A stretch of 36,033 nt of DNA from Saprolegnia diclina VS20 (taxonomy: Eukaryota), in NCBI RefSeq assembly GCF_000281045.1, contig NW_008246119.1, forward strand, positions 148,943-184,975. The letters are read 5' to 3'. Positions 1-11,045 of this stretch are shown one piece after another; within the stretch, counting starts at the first letter, position 1, and each line of letters starts with the position of its first letter. A program made the translations under genes and the position numbers. The notes below the pieces were generated by a model. It was not told the origin of the DNA. It did not search any database and saw nothing but the letters and a program-made list of their open reading frames with translations.

Positions 1-23
1 TCTTTCTCTCGCTACTGCGTGCG

Positions 24-1250
24 ATGTGCTTCCTCTCGGTGCTCCTCTTGACGGCAGCCATCGGTGTACTCCTTCTCTCGATGACCACGACTATCGCTGC
101 GCTCAACATCTCGGCCGACGAGCGCCGTGAGCTCTCGACCGACTTGACGCTCTGGCAAAAGAAGTTCGGCAACGACGACCACGTGCGCACCGTCACGGCG
201 TCGGCCAACGTGACGCACAATGCTCTTCTTGGGCGATTGAAGGCGGCCAAGGACAAGCTGCCGGCGCTTCGTGCGGCCAACCCGTACGCAACGTTCAGCC
301 ATTTGACCAAGTTTGCGCTGCTCACCGACAAAGAGTTTGCGCAGTTCGCCTCCGAGGCGTCTCCGGGTGTCCTGCCGTCGCCCGGTCACCTCGCATCGGC
401 GGCGCGGTTGAATCGCAGTGCGCCTGTCGGGGGCGTCATCGTCGACACGGTCGATTGGACAACGCCGCCGTCTTGCGTGCCGCCGGTCCAGTACAAAGGT
501 AAATGCGCTAGCAACTGGGCGATTGCAGCGGCGGCGGCGGTCTCGACGACGCACTGCCTCGCAACGAGCGAGATCATCAACCTCTCGGCGCAGCTCACGA
601 CGAGCTGCGCGTATCCAGGCGGCCCTGACGGCTGCCAAGGCGCCGGAATTGCGCAAGACGCTATGCGCTGGCTCGTGTCGCAGTCCAAGTCGCTCTGCGC
701 CGAGTCCGCGATCCCGTACACGTCGGGCGGCACCGGGTCAGCGCCGTTTTGCAGCGACAACACCAAGTGCGCCGGGACAATTTCGCTCCGTGCCGGTCCG
801 ATCATGACGATGAACGGCGAAGACGCCCTTGCCCGGCAGCTCCAATTGCAGCCCGTCGTCGCTTATGTCACGACCCTCAACAACGTGTGGAAGATGTACA
901 CCGGCGGCATCGTCTCGTGGTGTCCGCCAACCGTGTACGTCGACCAAGCCATGCTTGTCGTTGGCTACGGCACCGAGGCCGTCGACGACGGCACAAAGTC
1001 GGTCGGTTTCTTCAAGGTCCGGAACGCGTGGGGCACCGACTGGGGCGAGCGCGGCCACATTCGACTCCAAAGAGGGCTCAACCGCGAGACAGGCACCTGC
1101 AAGCTCGCCATGTACCTTGCCTACTCGGTGCTGCCGTCGTCAAGACGAAGCGATGCGACGGCAGGAGCGATCCCGCACACACCAACGATGACAACCCGGG
1201 GCGAGCGTGCACCGACCACACAGCCCACAATTGATGTCGAGGGCGCTTGA
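24..1250 (+). CDS. Secreted papain-like (C1A) cysteine protease homologue, predicted catalytically inactive (copy 1, 408 aa)
   Basis: Hydrophobic N-terminus, I29-like prodomain end (ANPYATFSHLTKFALLTDKEF) and mature domain VDW...PV...GKCASNWAI, LSAQ, GC, IPY, QPV, DQAMLVVGYG, FFKVRNAWGTDWGERG. Cys site = AAC (513-515); His site = CAA (945-947). Confidence 0.92.
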   Translation: MCFLSVLLLTAAIGVLLLSMTTTIAALNISADERRELSTDLTLWQKKFGNDDHVRTVTASANVTHNALLGRLKAAKDKLPALRAANPYATFSHLTKFALLTDKEFAQFASEASPGVLPSPGHLASAARLNRSAPVGGVIVDTVDWTTPPSCVPPVQYKGKCASNWAIAAAAAVSTTHCLATSEIINLSAQLTTSCAYPGGPDGCQGAGIAQDAMRWLVSQSKSLCAESAIPYTSGGTGSAPFCSDNTKCAGTISLRAGPIMTMNGEDALARQLQLQPVVAYVTTLNNVWKMYTGGIVSWCPPTVYVDQAMLVVGYGTEAVDDGTKSVGFFKVRNAWGTDWGERGHIRLQRGLNRETGTCKLAMYLAYSVLPSSRRSDATAGAIPHTPTMTTRGERAPTTQPTIDVEGA

Positions 1251-1680
1251 GCGTAGGAGGCACCAGAACGTGCCACGTAGGATTCGAAACGTCGATACCT
1301 TGATATTAACGTTAAAACCAAATTCAGTGCCTTTGCAACTAGGCAAGTCGCCGTGTACATCCCTCGCTCGTCTTGCGAGATGCATTTAGAGTGCAAGGGC
1401 AGCGCGCTATGTTCCCGTGGGCGTACTCTTGCTCCGTGCTACCGCGGAGGTTTGTTCGGGTAAGCGCCGAGAGCACGGGTCAGCGCGTCACCGAGCGTCG
1501 GAGTCGCCACAACTTTGAAATACTAGAGTACTAGTATCCAGCGCTTTTTGCTTGGTTGACGTCGCTCGGTTGTCGTTTGATCGAAGCTTCGATCGGCCCC
1601 GCCGGCTTGTTTCCCAGCACGCGACGCACCACTTCGCTCTACCACCACGCACGCTCAGTTTAGTTTGCATTCGGCTGGCC

Positions 1681-2850
1681 ATGCGCTTCTTCTTTTTCGA
1701 TCTGCTTGTCTTGGCGGCTACGGTCGGCGCGCAGCGCATCTCGGACGCCGAGCGTCCCGAGCTCAACCGCGACTTGGCGCTCTGGCAGCAAAGATTTGGC
1801 AGTGACGACGACGTGCGCCTGGCCATGGCGCCGGTCAAGCCGTACCGCGACGTGCTTCTTGGGCGCATTCGAGCCGCGAAGGCGATGCTTCCATCCCTCC
1901 AGGAAGCCAACCCGCACGCCACCTTCAGCCACTTGACCAAGTTTGCACTGCTCACGGACGAAGAGTTTGCGCGCTTCGCAATGGTAGGCGGCGCGCGGCC
2001 ACAGCGTCTGTCGTCCGCCGCCGGAACGAACCATACGGTTGTCGGCGGCCCTCTTCTCCGCTCGATCGATTGGACCAAGCAGTCGGTGTGCGTGCCGCCG
2101 GTCAAGACCATGGGCAAGTGTCGAAGCCATTGGGCGATTGCAGCGGCGGCAGCCGTATCGGCGGCGCACTGCCTCGCGACCGGCGACGCGATCGACCTCT
2201 CGGTGCAGCAGGTGCTGAGCTGCACGACGCCCGGAGGTGCCAGCAGCTGCCGCGGTGGCTTTGCGACCACTGGCATGGAGTGGCTCGTCACGATGCCCAA
2301 CCATGTATGCTCGCGGTTGGACATCCCGTACACGTCGGGCGAGACCGGATCATCGTCGATCTGCAGCGACTACTCCAAGTGCGCCGGGTCCATCTCGCTC
2401 CAAGCCGGCACCGTCGTCGAAGCCAACGGCGACAACGCTCTCGTCGAGCAGCTCCAGAAGCAGCCGGTTGTCGCGTACGTTACGACGACCAACACCTCGT
2501 GGCGATTGTACGCTGGCGGCATTCTCTCATGGTGCCCCGCCGAATACCCCGACCAAGCCGTGCTTGTCGTTGGCTACGGCACCGAGGACACTGGCAATGG
2601 CGCGCCGCCCGTCGACTTTTTCAAGGTGCGCAGTGTGTGGGGCACCAACTGGGGCGAGGCCGGCGACATTCGGCTCGCGCGCGGCAGCGGCGTCGGACAC
2701 CACGGAACGTGCGAGGTCACGACGCACCTCTCGTACCCGACGCTCAAGCTTCCGGTCACAGCAGCCATTGCTGCGTCGTCACTGACGCCAACGATCGACG
2801 CACGCAACGTCGACAGTGCCGACACGGACGCGTCCGATGAGACGACATAA
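1681..2850 (+). CDS. Secreted papain-like C1A homologue, predicted inactive (copy 2, 389 aa)
   Basis: ATG at 1681 begins signal peptide MRFFFFDLLVLAATVGA. Motifs GKCRSHWAI (Cys->His, CAT 2128-2130), PDQAVLVVGYG (His->Gln) and KVRSVWG (Asn->Ser). Confidence 0.92.
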   Translation: MRFFFFDLLVLAATVGAQRISDAERPELNRDLALWQQRFGSDDDVRLAMAPVKPYRDVLLGRIRAAKAMLPSLQEANPHATFSHLTKFALLTDEEFARFAMVGGARPQRLSSAAGTNHTVVGGPLLRSIDWTKQSVCVPPVKTMGKCRSHWAIAAAAAVSAAHCLATGDAIDLSVQQVLSCTTPGGASSCRGGFATTGMEWLVTMPNHVCSRLDIPYTSGETGSSSICSDYSKCAGSISLQAGTVVEANGDNALVEQLQKQPVVAYVTTTNTSWRLYAGGILSWCPAEYPDQAVLVVGYGTEDTGNGAPPVDFFKVRSVWGTNWGEAGDIRLARGSGVGHHGTCEVTTHLSYPTLKLPVTAAIAASSLTPTIDARNVDSADTDASDETT

Positions 2851-2862
2851 GGAAGGTGTCCA

Positions 2863-3783
2863 NNNNNNNNNNNNNNNNNNNNNNNNNNNNNNNNNNNNNN
2901 NNNNNNNNNNNNNNNNNNNNNNNNNNNNNNNNNNNNNNNNNNNNNNNNNNNNNNNNNNNNNNNNNNNNNNNNNNNNNNNNNNNNNNNNNNNNNNNNNNNN
3001 NNNNNNNNNNNNNNNNNNNNNNNNNNNNNNNNNNNNNNNNNNNNNNNNNNNNNNNNNNNNNNNNNNNNNNNNNNNNNNNNNNNNNNNNNNNNNNNNNNNN
3101 NNNNNNNNNNNNNNNNNNNNNNNNNNNNNNNNNNNNNNNNNNNNNNNNNNNNNNNNNNNNNNNNNNNNNNNNNNNNNNNNNNNNNNNNNNNNNNNNNNNN
3201 NNNNNNNNNNNNNNNNNNNNNNNNNNNNNNNNNNNNNNNNNNNNNNNNNNNNNNNNNNNNNNNNNNNNNNNNNNNNNNNNNNNNNNNNNNNNNNNNNNNN
3301 NNNNNNNNNNNNNNNNNNNNNNNNNNNNNNNNNNNNNNNNNNNNNNNNNNNNNNNNNNNNNNNNNNNNNNNNNNNNNNNNNNNNNNNNNNNNNNNNNNNN
3401 NNNNNNNNNNNNNNNNNNNNNNNNNNNNNNNNNNNNNNNNNNNNNNNNNNNNNNNNNNNNNNNNNNNNNNNNNNNNNNNNNNNNNNNNNNNNNNNNNNNN
3501 NNNNNNNNNNNNNNNNNNNNNNNNNNNNNNNNNNNNNNNNNNNNNNNNNNNNNNNNNNNNNNNNNNNNNNNNNNNNNNNNNNNNNNNNNNNNNNNNNNNN
3601 NNNNNNNNNNNNNNNNNNNNNNNNNNNNNNNNNNNNNNNNNNNNNNNNNNNNNNNNNNNNNNNNNNNNNNNNNNNNNNNNNNNNNNNNNNNNNNNNNNNN
3701 NNNNNNNNNNNNNNNNNNNNNNNNNNNNNNNNNNNNNNNNNNNNNNNNNNNNNNNNNNNNNNNNNNNNNNNNNNNNNNNNNNN
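2863..3783. other. Assembly gap (N run)
   Basis: Run of N. Confidence 1.
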
Positions 3784-3913
3784 CCAGCAGCACCGCCTCA
3801 AGGAGCGAGTCGTGCGCGTGGTTGTTTTCTCGATTGATGCTGCGATCAGTCGGTTTCCAAGCGCGTCGCGCTTGCCTTGCACCCTCGTACGTTCAGACTT
3901 CATCCTGCTCAGC

Positions 3914-5092
3914 ATGCGCTTCCTCAGCTTGCTACCGCTTCTTCTCTCGGTCACACTCGCTACCTTCAACATCTCGGACGACGAGCGCCGCGATCTTAAC
4001 CGCGACTTGACGCTCTGGCAAAAGAAGTTTGGTAATGACGACCATTTACGCGCGGCCATGAAGCTGGTGCGAGGAACCTTGACGACCGACGATCTTCTTC
4101 GGCGCTTGAAGGCGACCAAGGACAAGCTTCCCACTTTGCAAGCAGCCAACCCATACGCGACGTTCAGTCACTTGACCAAGTTTGCGTTGCTCACGGAGAA
4201 TGAATTTGCCCGGTTTGCGTCGTCGTCGCCGCCGGTGCCACCGTCGGTATCTCTCCCGCCAGCCGTCGCATTGAATCGAAGTGTTGCCGGCAGAGCCGTC
4301 GCCGCCTCGGTGGACTGGACCAAGCAATCGACATGTGTCGGGCCAGCGAAATGGATCGGCAAGTGTCGAAGCGATTGGGCGATTATGGCAGCGGCGGTCG
4401 TGTCGTCTGCGCACTGCCTCGCGACCGGCCAAGCCATCGACCTCTCGGTCCAGCAAGTCTTGAGCTGCACCTATCTTGGCGGCCCAGACAGCTGCTCAGG
4501 CCCAGGGACCCCACTCGAAGGCATGCAGTGGCTGGTCCAGCGATCCAGTGCCTTGTGCACTGAGAAGGCGATCCCATACACCTCGGGTTACTGGGGCGTT
4601 GCGTCGTTTTGCAGTGACAACGCCAAGTGCGCCGGGTCGATCTCGCTTTACGTCGACGAGATCGTAGAAGCCCGTGGCGAGGCCGCCCTCCTCCAGGTGC
4701 TCCAGATGCAGCCTGTTGTGGCATTTGCAACCACCAACAACTATGTGTGGCGACAGTACGCCGGCGGCCTCCTCTCATGGTGCCCACTTGGGCGATTGGA
4801 CCAAGCCGTGTTCGTCGTTGGCTACGGCACCCAAGACGTCGGCTTGTCGCTACCGCCCGTCGACTTTTTCAAGGTGCGCAGCGCGTGGGGCACCGACTGG
4901 GGCGAGAACGGCGACGTTCGTCTTGCGCGCGGCCCCGGCGCCGGAGATTTCAGCACGTGCGACATCGCAGCATACCTCACCTACCCAGAGCGCCTCCCGT
5001 TTCGAGCCAAGGCCGATGCGGCATCAGCCAACGCGCCACGCAGACCCACGCCCTCGTATCGCATGCCAACGACCGACGATCTGGCGACGTAG
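3914..5092 (+). CDS. Secreted papain-like C1A homologue, predicted inactive (copy 3, 392 aa)
   Basis: ATG at 3914 (MRFLSLLPLLLSVTLA). Motifs GKCRSDWAI (Cys->Asp, GAT 4373-4375), LDQAVFVVGYG and KVRSAWGTDWGENG. Confidence 0.92.
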   Translation: MRFLSLLPLLLSVTLATFNISDDERRDLNRDLTLWQKKFGNDDHLRAAMKLVRGTLTTDDLLRRLKATKDKLPTLQAANPYATFSHLTKFALLTENEFARFASSSPPVPPSVSLPPAVALNRSVAGRAVAASVDWTKQSTCVGPAKWIGKCRSDWAIMAAAVVSSAHCLATGQAIDLSVQQVLSCTYLGGPDSCSGPGTPLEGMQWLVQRSSALCTEKAIPYTSGYWGVASFCSDNAKCAGSISLYVDEIVEARGEAALLQVLQMQPVVAFATTNNYVWRQYAGGLLSWCPLGRLDQAVFVVGYGTQDVGLSLPPVDFFKVRSAWGTDWGENGDVRLARGPGAGDFSTCDIAAYLTYPERLPFRAKADAASANAPRRPTPSYRMPTTDDLAT

Positions 5093-5409
5093 TCATGTCG
5101 AGGCGTTGCTGACTAATATGATCCAACTACTAACGACGATCGATATGCACGAGGACATCGACGAGCTAGTAGTACATGCAGGTATTCGCTCTATTAGCCT
5201 CGGAGAAGCCGACCATCGCATCTTCTGTCCGCTCACCGATGGTCGCCGACGACACGTACGGAGCGACCTCGAGGCCTCGTGACCTGTTGCTGGCCGCGGT
5301 CGAACTAAGTAGACAAACTGATGGACGTGCTGCAAAGGACGACGACAGCAGAACCGTAGTTATAGTCGACCTCCTCCTGCGTTCGTTTGGTGAACGACTG
5401 AAATGGCCT

Positions 5410-5720
5410 TCGACGCGTCAGCAAAGCGCGGTTGATGATAGCAAGATAGCAGACTCTACGAGCAGTGCAAGCGCCACGACTCTGCCTGCACCGAATCCTT
5501 CCAACACCAACGGACTTCAACGAGTAGCTTGTTTGGTTGTCAAATGAGATCTTGAGGTGGAAGCCTCGATCGGCTTGTTTCTGAGCGCACGACGCAGCGA
5601 CGTCGACTGGTCCAATGTTTTTACCACCGAAGCTCCCTCTTTCTCAAGGTGCTACACTTCCTTCCAGTTCTCTTGTGAATGGCAGCCATCAGTTCCATCG
5701 TTCTCTCAATACTGACGACT
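5410..5720 (+). repeat. Duplicated upstream module of the protease-like family, followed by a decayed signal-peptide remnant
   Basis: Nearly identical to about 11046-11365, and in part to 6850-6970 and 34963-35160 (caagcgccacgactctgcctgcaccgaatcc...gagatcttgaggtggaagcctcgatcggc...ttgtttctgagcgca). Confidence 0.8.
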
Positions 5721-5794
5721 CTCGATTTGCCCCATATCTCGAAAGATGCCTAATTCATGACTTCAGCGCCGGAAGCCGCATGTCTGTACGTTTG

Positions 5795-5933
5795 AAACAA
5801 ATGTTTTGTTCTCGGAACACTCTAGAAAGCCACCTTGAAGCAGTAGCCAGCAATACGCGGTTGTGGTAATGCTCTCTTGTCTTGATGTCGAAGCTTCCAT
5901 CGGCTGCAACAGCTTGTTTTCGCGCGCGACGCA
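5795..5933 (+). repeat. Repeat shared with about 34288-34405 (upstream-type module)
   Basis: aaacaaatgttttgttctcggaacactct...ttgaagcagta..cagcaatacg...gcttgttttc occurs at both places. Confidence 0.75.
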
Positions 5934-6752
5934 NNNNNNNNNNNNNNNNNNNNNNNNNNNNNNNNNNNNNNNNNNNNNNNNNNNNNNNNNNNNNNNNNNN
6001 NNNNNNNNNNNNNNNNNNNNNNNNNNNNNNNNNNNNNNNNNNNNNNNNNNNNNNNNNNNNNNNNNNNNNNNNNNNNNNNNNNNNNNNNNNNNNNNNNNNN
6101 NNNNNNNNNNNNNNNNNNNNNNNNNNNNNNNNNNNNNNNNNNNNNNNNNNNNNNNNNNNNNNNNNNNNNNNNNNNNNNNNNNNNNNNNNNNNNNNNNNNN
6201 NNNNNNNNNNNNNNNNNNNNNNNNNNNNNNNNNNNNNNNNNNNNNNNNNNNNNNNNNNNNNNNNNNNNNNNNNNNNNNNNNNNNNNNNNNNNNNNNNNNN
6301 NNNNNNNNNNNNNNNNNNNNNNNNNNNNNNNNNNNNNNNNNNNNNNNNNNNNNNNNNNNNNNNNNNNNNNNNNNNNNNNNNNNNNNNNNNNNNNNNNNNN
6401 NNNNNNNNNNNNNNNNNNNNNNNNNNNNNNNNNNNNNNNNNNNNNNNNNNNNNNNNNNNNNNNNNNNNNNNNNNNNNNNNNNNNNNNNNNNNNNNNNNNN
6501 NNNNNNNNNNNNNNNNNNNNNNNNNNNNNNNNNNNNNNNNNNNNNNNNNNNNNNNNNNNNNNNNNNNNNNNNNNNNNNNNNNNNNNNNNNNNNNNNNNNN
6601 NNNNNNNNNNNNNNNNNNNNNNNNNNNNNNNNNNNNNNNNNNNNNNNNNNNNNNNNNNNNNNNNNNNNNNNNNNNNNNNNNNNNNNNNNNNNNNNNNNNN
6701 NNNNNNNNNNNNNNNNNNNNNNNNNNNNNNNNNNNNNNNNNNNNNNNNNNNN
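5934..6752. other. Assembly gap (N run)
   Basis: Run of N. Confidence 1.
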
Positions 6753-7043
6753 TTGCTACCGCTTCTTCTCTTGATCACCCTGGACGTGCGATTGACATCT
6801 CGGACGACACATGGCTAACGATAGAAAGGTACGAACGCAGACTTTACGAGCGCCACGACTTGCACCGAATCCATCCAACATCAAGGTACTTCAACGAATA
6901 GCCGCTTTGGCTGTCGAACTGAGATCTTGAGGTGGAAGCCTCGAACGGCTTGTTTCTGAGCGCATGATGCACTGCCCTTGAGCACCTCGCACCTTCTGCA
7001 ACGGAAGCTCACTCTTCCTCTACTCGTACAGCTGCTGTGTGCG

Positions 7044-8162
7044 ATGCGCTTCCTCTCGGTACTCCTCTTGATGGTAGCTATCGGCTCCCTTCTTCTCTCA
7101 ATGATGACGGCTGTCGTTGCGCTGACCATCTCGGCCGACGAGCGCCGTGAACTCAACCGCGACTTGACGCTCTGGCAACAGAAGTTTGGTCATGACGACC
7201 ACGTGCGCGCAGCCATGAAGATGGTGCGAGGTACCTTGACGACAAACGATCTTCTTCGGCGCTTGAAGGCGACCAAGGACAAGCTTCCCACTTTGCAAGC
7301 GGCCAACCCGCACGCCACTTTTAGCCACTTGACCAAGTTTGCGCTGCTCACGGACAGTGAGTTTGCGCGGTTCGTGTCGGGTTCAGCGTCGATGCCAGCC
7401 AAGTCACCTGCTTCGTCGCTACATACCAACCGTTCGACTCGCAGCGCACTCGGCGGCGCCGTCGTCTCCACGGTCGACTGGACCAAGCAATCGGTCTGTG
7501 TGCCGCCGGTGAGGCACACGGGCCAATGTCGAAGCGATTGGGCGATCGCAGCGGCGGCGGCCGTGTCGTCCGCGCACTGTCTTGCGACCGGCGACGCGAT
7601 CAACCTCTCAGTGCAACAAGTGCTGAGCTGCACGTCGCCTGACGGGCCCGACGGCTGCTATTATGGGACGGACTACCCGGGCATGAAGTGGCTCGTGTCG
7701 CGAACCAACTCGTTGTGCTCCGAGTGGGCGATCCCCTACGTCTCGGGCAAGACCGGATTGGCGCCGATCTGCAGCGACAGCTCCAAGTGCGCCGGGTCCA
7801 TCTCGCTCCAAGTCGGCGCCGTCGTCGAAGGTCAAGGCGAGGCTTTCCTCGTCGATTCGCTTCGAAAGCAACCCGTCATGGCGTACGTAGCGGCCACGAG
7901 CGACCAGTGGCGACTGTACGTTCGCGGTATCCTCTCGTGGTGCCCACCGACAACGTATGTTAACCAAGCCGCGCTCGTCATCGGCTACGGCGCCGAGGAC
8001 TTTGGCTTTGGCACCGCGCCGCTCGGCTTCTTCAAGGTGCGCAATGTCTGGGGCACCGCGTGGGGCGAAGCCGGCGACATTCGGCTCCAGCGCAATCTCG
8101 ACAGCACCTTTGGCACGTGCAACGTCTCGACGCGGCTGTCGTTCCCGACGCTCATCCTTTGA
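7044..8162 (+). CDS. Secreted papain-like C1A homologue, predicted inactive (copy 4, 372 aa, no C-terminal tail)
   Basis: ATG at 7044 (MRFLSVLLLMVAIGSLLLSMMTAVVA). Motifs GQCRSDWAI (GAT 7536-7538), VNQAALVIGYG and KVRNVWGTAWGEAG. Confidence 0.92.
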   Translation: MRFLSVLLLMVAIGSLLLSMMTAVVALTISADERRELNRDLTLWQQKFGHDDHVRAAMKMVRGTLTTNDLLRRLKATKDKLPTLQAANPHATFSHLTKFALLTDSEFARFVSGSASMPAKSPASSLHTNRSTRSALGGAVVSTVDWTKQSVCVPPVRHTGQCRSDWAIAAAAAVSSAHCLATGDAINLSVQQVLSCTSPDGPDGCYYGTDYPGMKWLVSRTNSLCSEWAIPYVSGKTGLAPICSDSSKCAGSISLQVGAVVEGQGEAFLVDSLRKQPVMAYVAATSDQWRLYVRGILSWCPPTTYVNQAALVIGYGAEDFGFGTAPLGFFKVRNVWGTAWGEAGDIRLQRNLDSTFGTCNVSTRLSFPTLIL

Positions 8163-8287
8163 TTGAAGCCATCCGACCATCCTATCTTGATCGACGCACG
8201 CCACGTGGACGGGGTGTCAACGCGGTCATGTGGCACCCTAAATGTGTATTTTTGAAAATATAATAAACTAGTGTATTTAGTGTTACC

Positions 8288-9046
8288 ATGGTGGTTGCGG
8301 CGGCGGCGCCCTGTCTCGCGACCGGCCAGGTCATCGACCTATCGGTGCTACAAGCGCTAAGCTGCACGTATCAAGGCGGCGCCGATGGCTGCACACGAGT
8401 GGGGCTCGCCCTCGACGCCATCAACTGGCTCGTGTCCAAGACCAGCGCCCTGTGCTCGCGGTCGGCCATCCCGTACACGTCGGGAAGCACTGGCCCTGCT
8501 CTGGAATGCAGCGACAACACCAAATGCGCCGGTTCTCTCGAGTTGCAAGTCGGTGGCATGCTGGAGGCGCCGGGAGATGAGCATCGACTTAGTATCAAGC
8601 AGCTCCATACGCAACCGGTCGTGGCGACTTGCTCGACGACCGCCGCACCGTGGCGACTGTACGCGGGCGGCATCCTCTCCCTTTGCTCGAGCGAGGACAC
8701 GGCAGATCAAGCCATGCTCGTTGTTGGCTATGGAGCCGAGTCCATCAGCGGAAAGCTGTTGCCCGTCGACTTTATCAAGGTGTGCAGCGCGTGGGGCGCC
8801 AACTGGGGCGAGAACGGCGGCGTTCGGCTGCAGTACAACCGTGGCACTTCTCCTGCGGTGTGCGCTGCCACGTCCCACCTCACGCATCCGGCGCTCCAGC
8901 TGACGAACGCGGCGGTTGTCGGTGCGTCACCAACACCAACGCTCGACGCTCGCCATGCCAACGGCGTTGACGAGGGCGTCCGACAACACATGACCGACGC
9001 CCTAACCTTTACACCGAATGATATTGCATACAGTCGTTTTTTGTAG
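8288..9046 (+). pseudogene. 5'-truncated papain-like homologue (copy 5)
   Basis: Homology starts after the Cys-site motif (VAAAA-PCLATGQ, with a short deletion). No signal peptide or prodomain; AT-rich sequence upstream. Retains ADQAMLVVGYG and FIKVCSAWGANWGENG. Confidence 0.75.
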
Positions 9047-9459
9047 TCGAAACAGCGCCTCGGAGCCGCACGTTGGCGCGTCCAAAACACATGTTTGGAC
9101 CCATCTGCGCAGCGGAGCACAGAGGCGTCGCTACGCACGAGCCTCACAGTCCTTGATGCGAGCGTGGCATGCCGAGGACGCACGCGCGTCACATCCGGAT
9201 ATTACTTTTGTTGGAAATAGTGCGATGGGAATCCGATTTTCGATTGATGGTCGAAGCGCGCAAGCGCTGCTCCGTCAGGCAGAGCAAAGAGAGCCAGAGC
9301 CTACGCCTGTCCTAAGCGATGCAACACCGCAGCTTCGAGCAGCAGGTACTTTGTGGTTGTCGTCTCTCGGTTGAAGCAGCGATCGGCAGGTTTCGTGGTG
9401 CGTGACGCATGACCTTGCAGGTGTGCGTAGCGTCAGCATCAGAAGATCACTCTTTTTTC

Positions 9460-10264
9460 NNNNNNNNNNNNNNNNNNNNNNNNNNNNNNNNNNNNNNNNN
9501 NNNNNNNNNNNNNNNNNNNNNNNNNNNNNNNNNNNNNNNNNNNNNNNNNNNNNNNNNNNNNNNNNNNNNNNNNNNNNNNNNNNNNNNNNNNNNNNNNNNN
9601 NNNNNNNNNNNNNNNNNNNNNNNNNNNNNNNNNNNNNNNNNNNNNNNNNNNNNNNNNNNNNNNNNNNNNNNNNNNNNNNNNNNNNNNNNNNNNNNNNNNN
9701 NNNNNNNNNNNNNNNNNNNNNNNNNNNNNNNNNNNNNNNNNNNNNNNNNNNNNNNNNNNNNNNNNNNNNNNNNNNNNNNNNNNNNNNNNNNNNNNNNNNN
9801 NNNNNNNNNNNNNNNNNNNNNNNNNNNNNNNNNNNNNNNNNNNNNNNNNNNNNNNNNNNNNNNNNNNNNNNNNNNNNNNNNNNNNNNNNNNNNNNNNNNN
9901 NNNNNNNNNNNNNNNNNNNNNNNNNNNNNNNNNNNNNNNNNNNNNNNNNNNNNNNNNNNNNNNNNNNNNNNNNNNNNNNNNNNNNNNNNNNNNNNNNNNN
10001 NNNNNNNNNNNNNNNNNNNNNNNNNNNNNNNNNNNNNNNNNNNNNNNNNNNNNNNNNNNNNNNNNNNNNNNNNNNNNNNNNNNNNNNNNNNNNNNNNNNN
10101 NNNNNNNNNNNNNNNNNNNNNNNNNNNNNNNNNNNNNNNNNNNNNNNNNNNNNNNNNNNNNNNNNNNNNNNNNNNNNNNNNNNNNNNNNNNNNNNNNNNN
10201 NNNNNNNNNNNNNNNNNNNNNNNNNNNNNNNNNNNNNNNNNNNNNNNNNNNNNNNNNNNNNNNN
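9460..10264. other. Assembly gap, probably hiding the 5' two-thirds of copy 6
   Basis: 805 N. The equivalent ATG-to-RGEAA distance in copy 3 is about 760 nt. Confidence 0.95.
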
Positions 10265-10696
10265 CGTGGCGAGGCCGCGCTTTTCGAGCAGCTCAAGAAG
10301 CAGCCTGTTGTGGCGCTTGCGACGACTGGCAGCTATGTGTGGCGAATGTACAGCGCTGGCGTCGTCTCGTGGTGCCCACGCGGGCCCCTCAACCAAGCCG
10401 TGCTCGTTGTTGGCTACGGCACCGAGACCTCTGGCTCGGACGCACCGCCCATCGGCTTTTTCGAGGTGCGCAACGCGTGGGGGTCCGACTGGGGCGAGCG
10501 CGGCAACATTCGCCTTGAGCGTGGCTACCGGGATTTTGGCACGTGTGAGGTCGCGGCGCGCCTCACGTACCCGACGCTCCTGCCTTCGGTCTCCAAAGCG
10601 AGATCCGCCAAGTTGCCGCGCAAGCCAACACCAACGTCCCACCGCATCCCGCGACCGACGACCGACGACGGTATTGTCGACGGTTTGGATTCGTAG
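10265..10696 (+). CDS. Papain-like C1A homologue, 3' part only (copy 6; 5' end in gap)
   Basis: RGEAALFEQLKKQPVV...WCPRGPLNQAVLVVGYG...FFEVRNAWGSDWGERG followed by a P/T-rich tail. His->Gln at 10394-10396. Confidence 0.85.
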   Translation, partial: RGEAALFEQLKKQPVVALATTGSYVWRMYSAGVVSWCPRGPLNQAVLVVGYGTETSGSDAPPIGFFEVRNAWGSDWGERGNIRLERGYRDFGTCEVAARLTYPTLLPSVSKARSAKLPRKPTPTSHRIPRPTTDDGIVDGLDS

Positions 10697-11045
10697 GCGC
10701 CGTCGTCAGAACGCGTCCAGGCATTAATCGACCGTGGTCAGCGCAGAATCGCGCTTGTAATGCACGATGTTGATGCACAATTTGATCAGTTGCTGTTCGA
10801 GTTCTCTTGTCGATTCGCTGTACTACAGGCTACGCGCCAGGGACTTCAGAGAACCTGATGTCTTCATGCAAGCGCAGTTCGATGAACGTGCGGTCTAATG
10901 AGATCAGGGCGTCTACCGCCACGGGCAATGGTCGAGTACAGCAGGCTGCAACAGACTACGGCTCGTACATGGTGCTCTCTGCGTGCGGTATTTCTGTCGA
11001 TGCACCTATGTATATATGTTGGCAATCGACGCAGTCCGACCTCGT

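Noticed and set aside
4095..4112. RRLK after the signal peptide as an RxLR-like translocation motif
   Set aside because: It lies in the I29 prodomain helix, lacks a dEER motif and is absent from copies 1 and 2 (GRLK, GRIR).
2756..10727. Long ORF-track entries spanning N runs (e.g. 2816-5092, 5863-6774, 9402-10727)
   Set aside because: Artefacts of translating through gaps; real starts were assigned from signal peptides.
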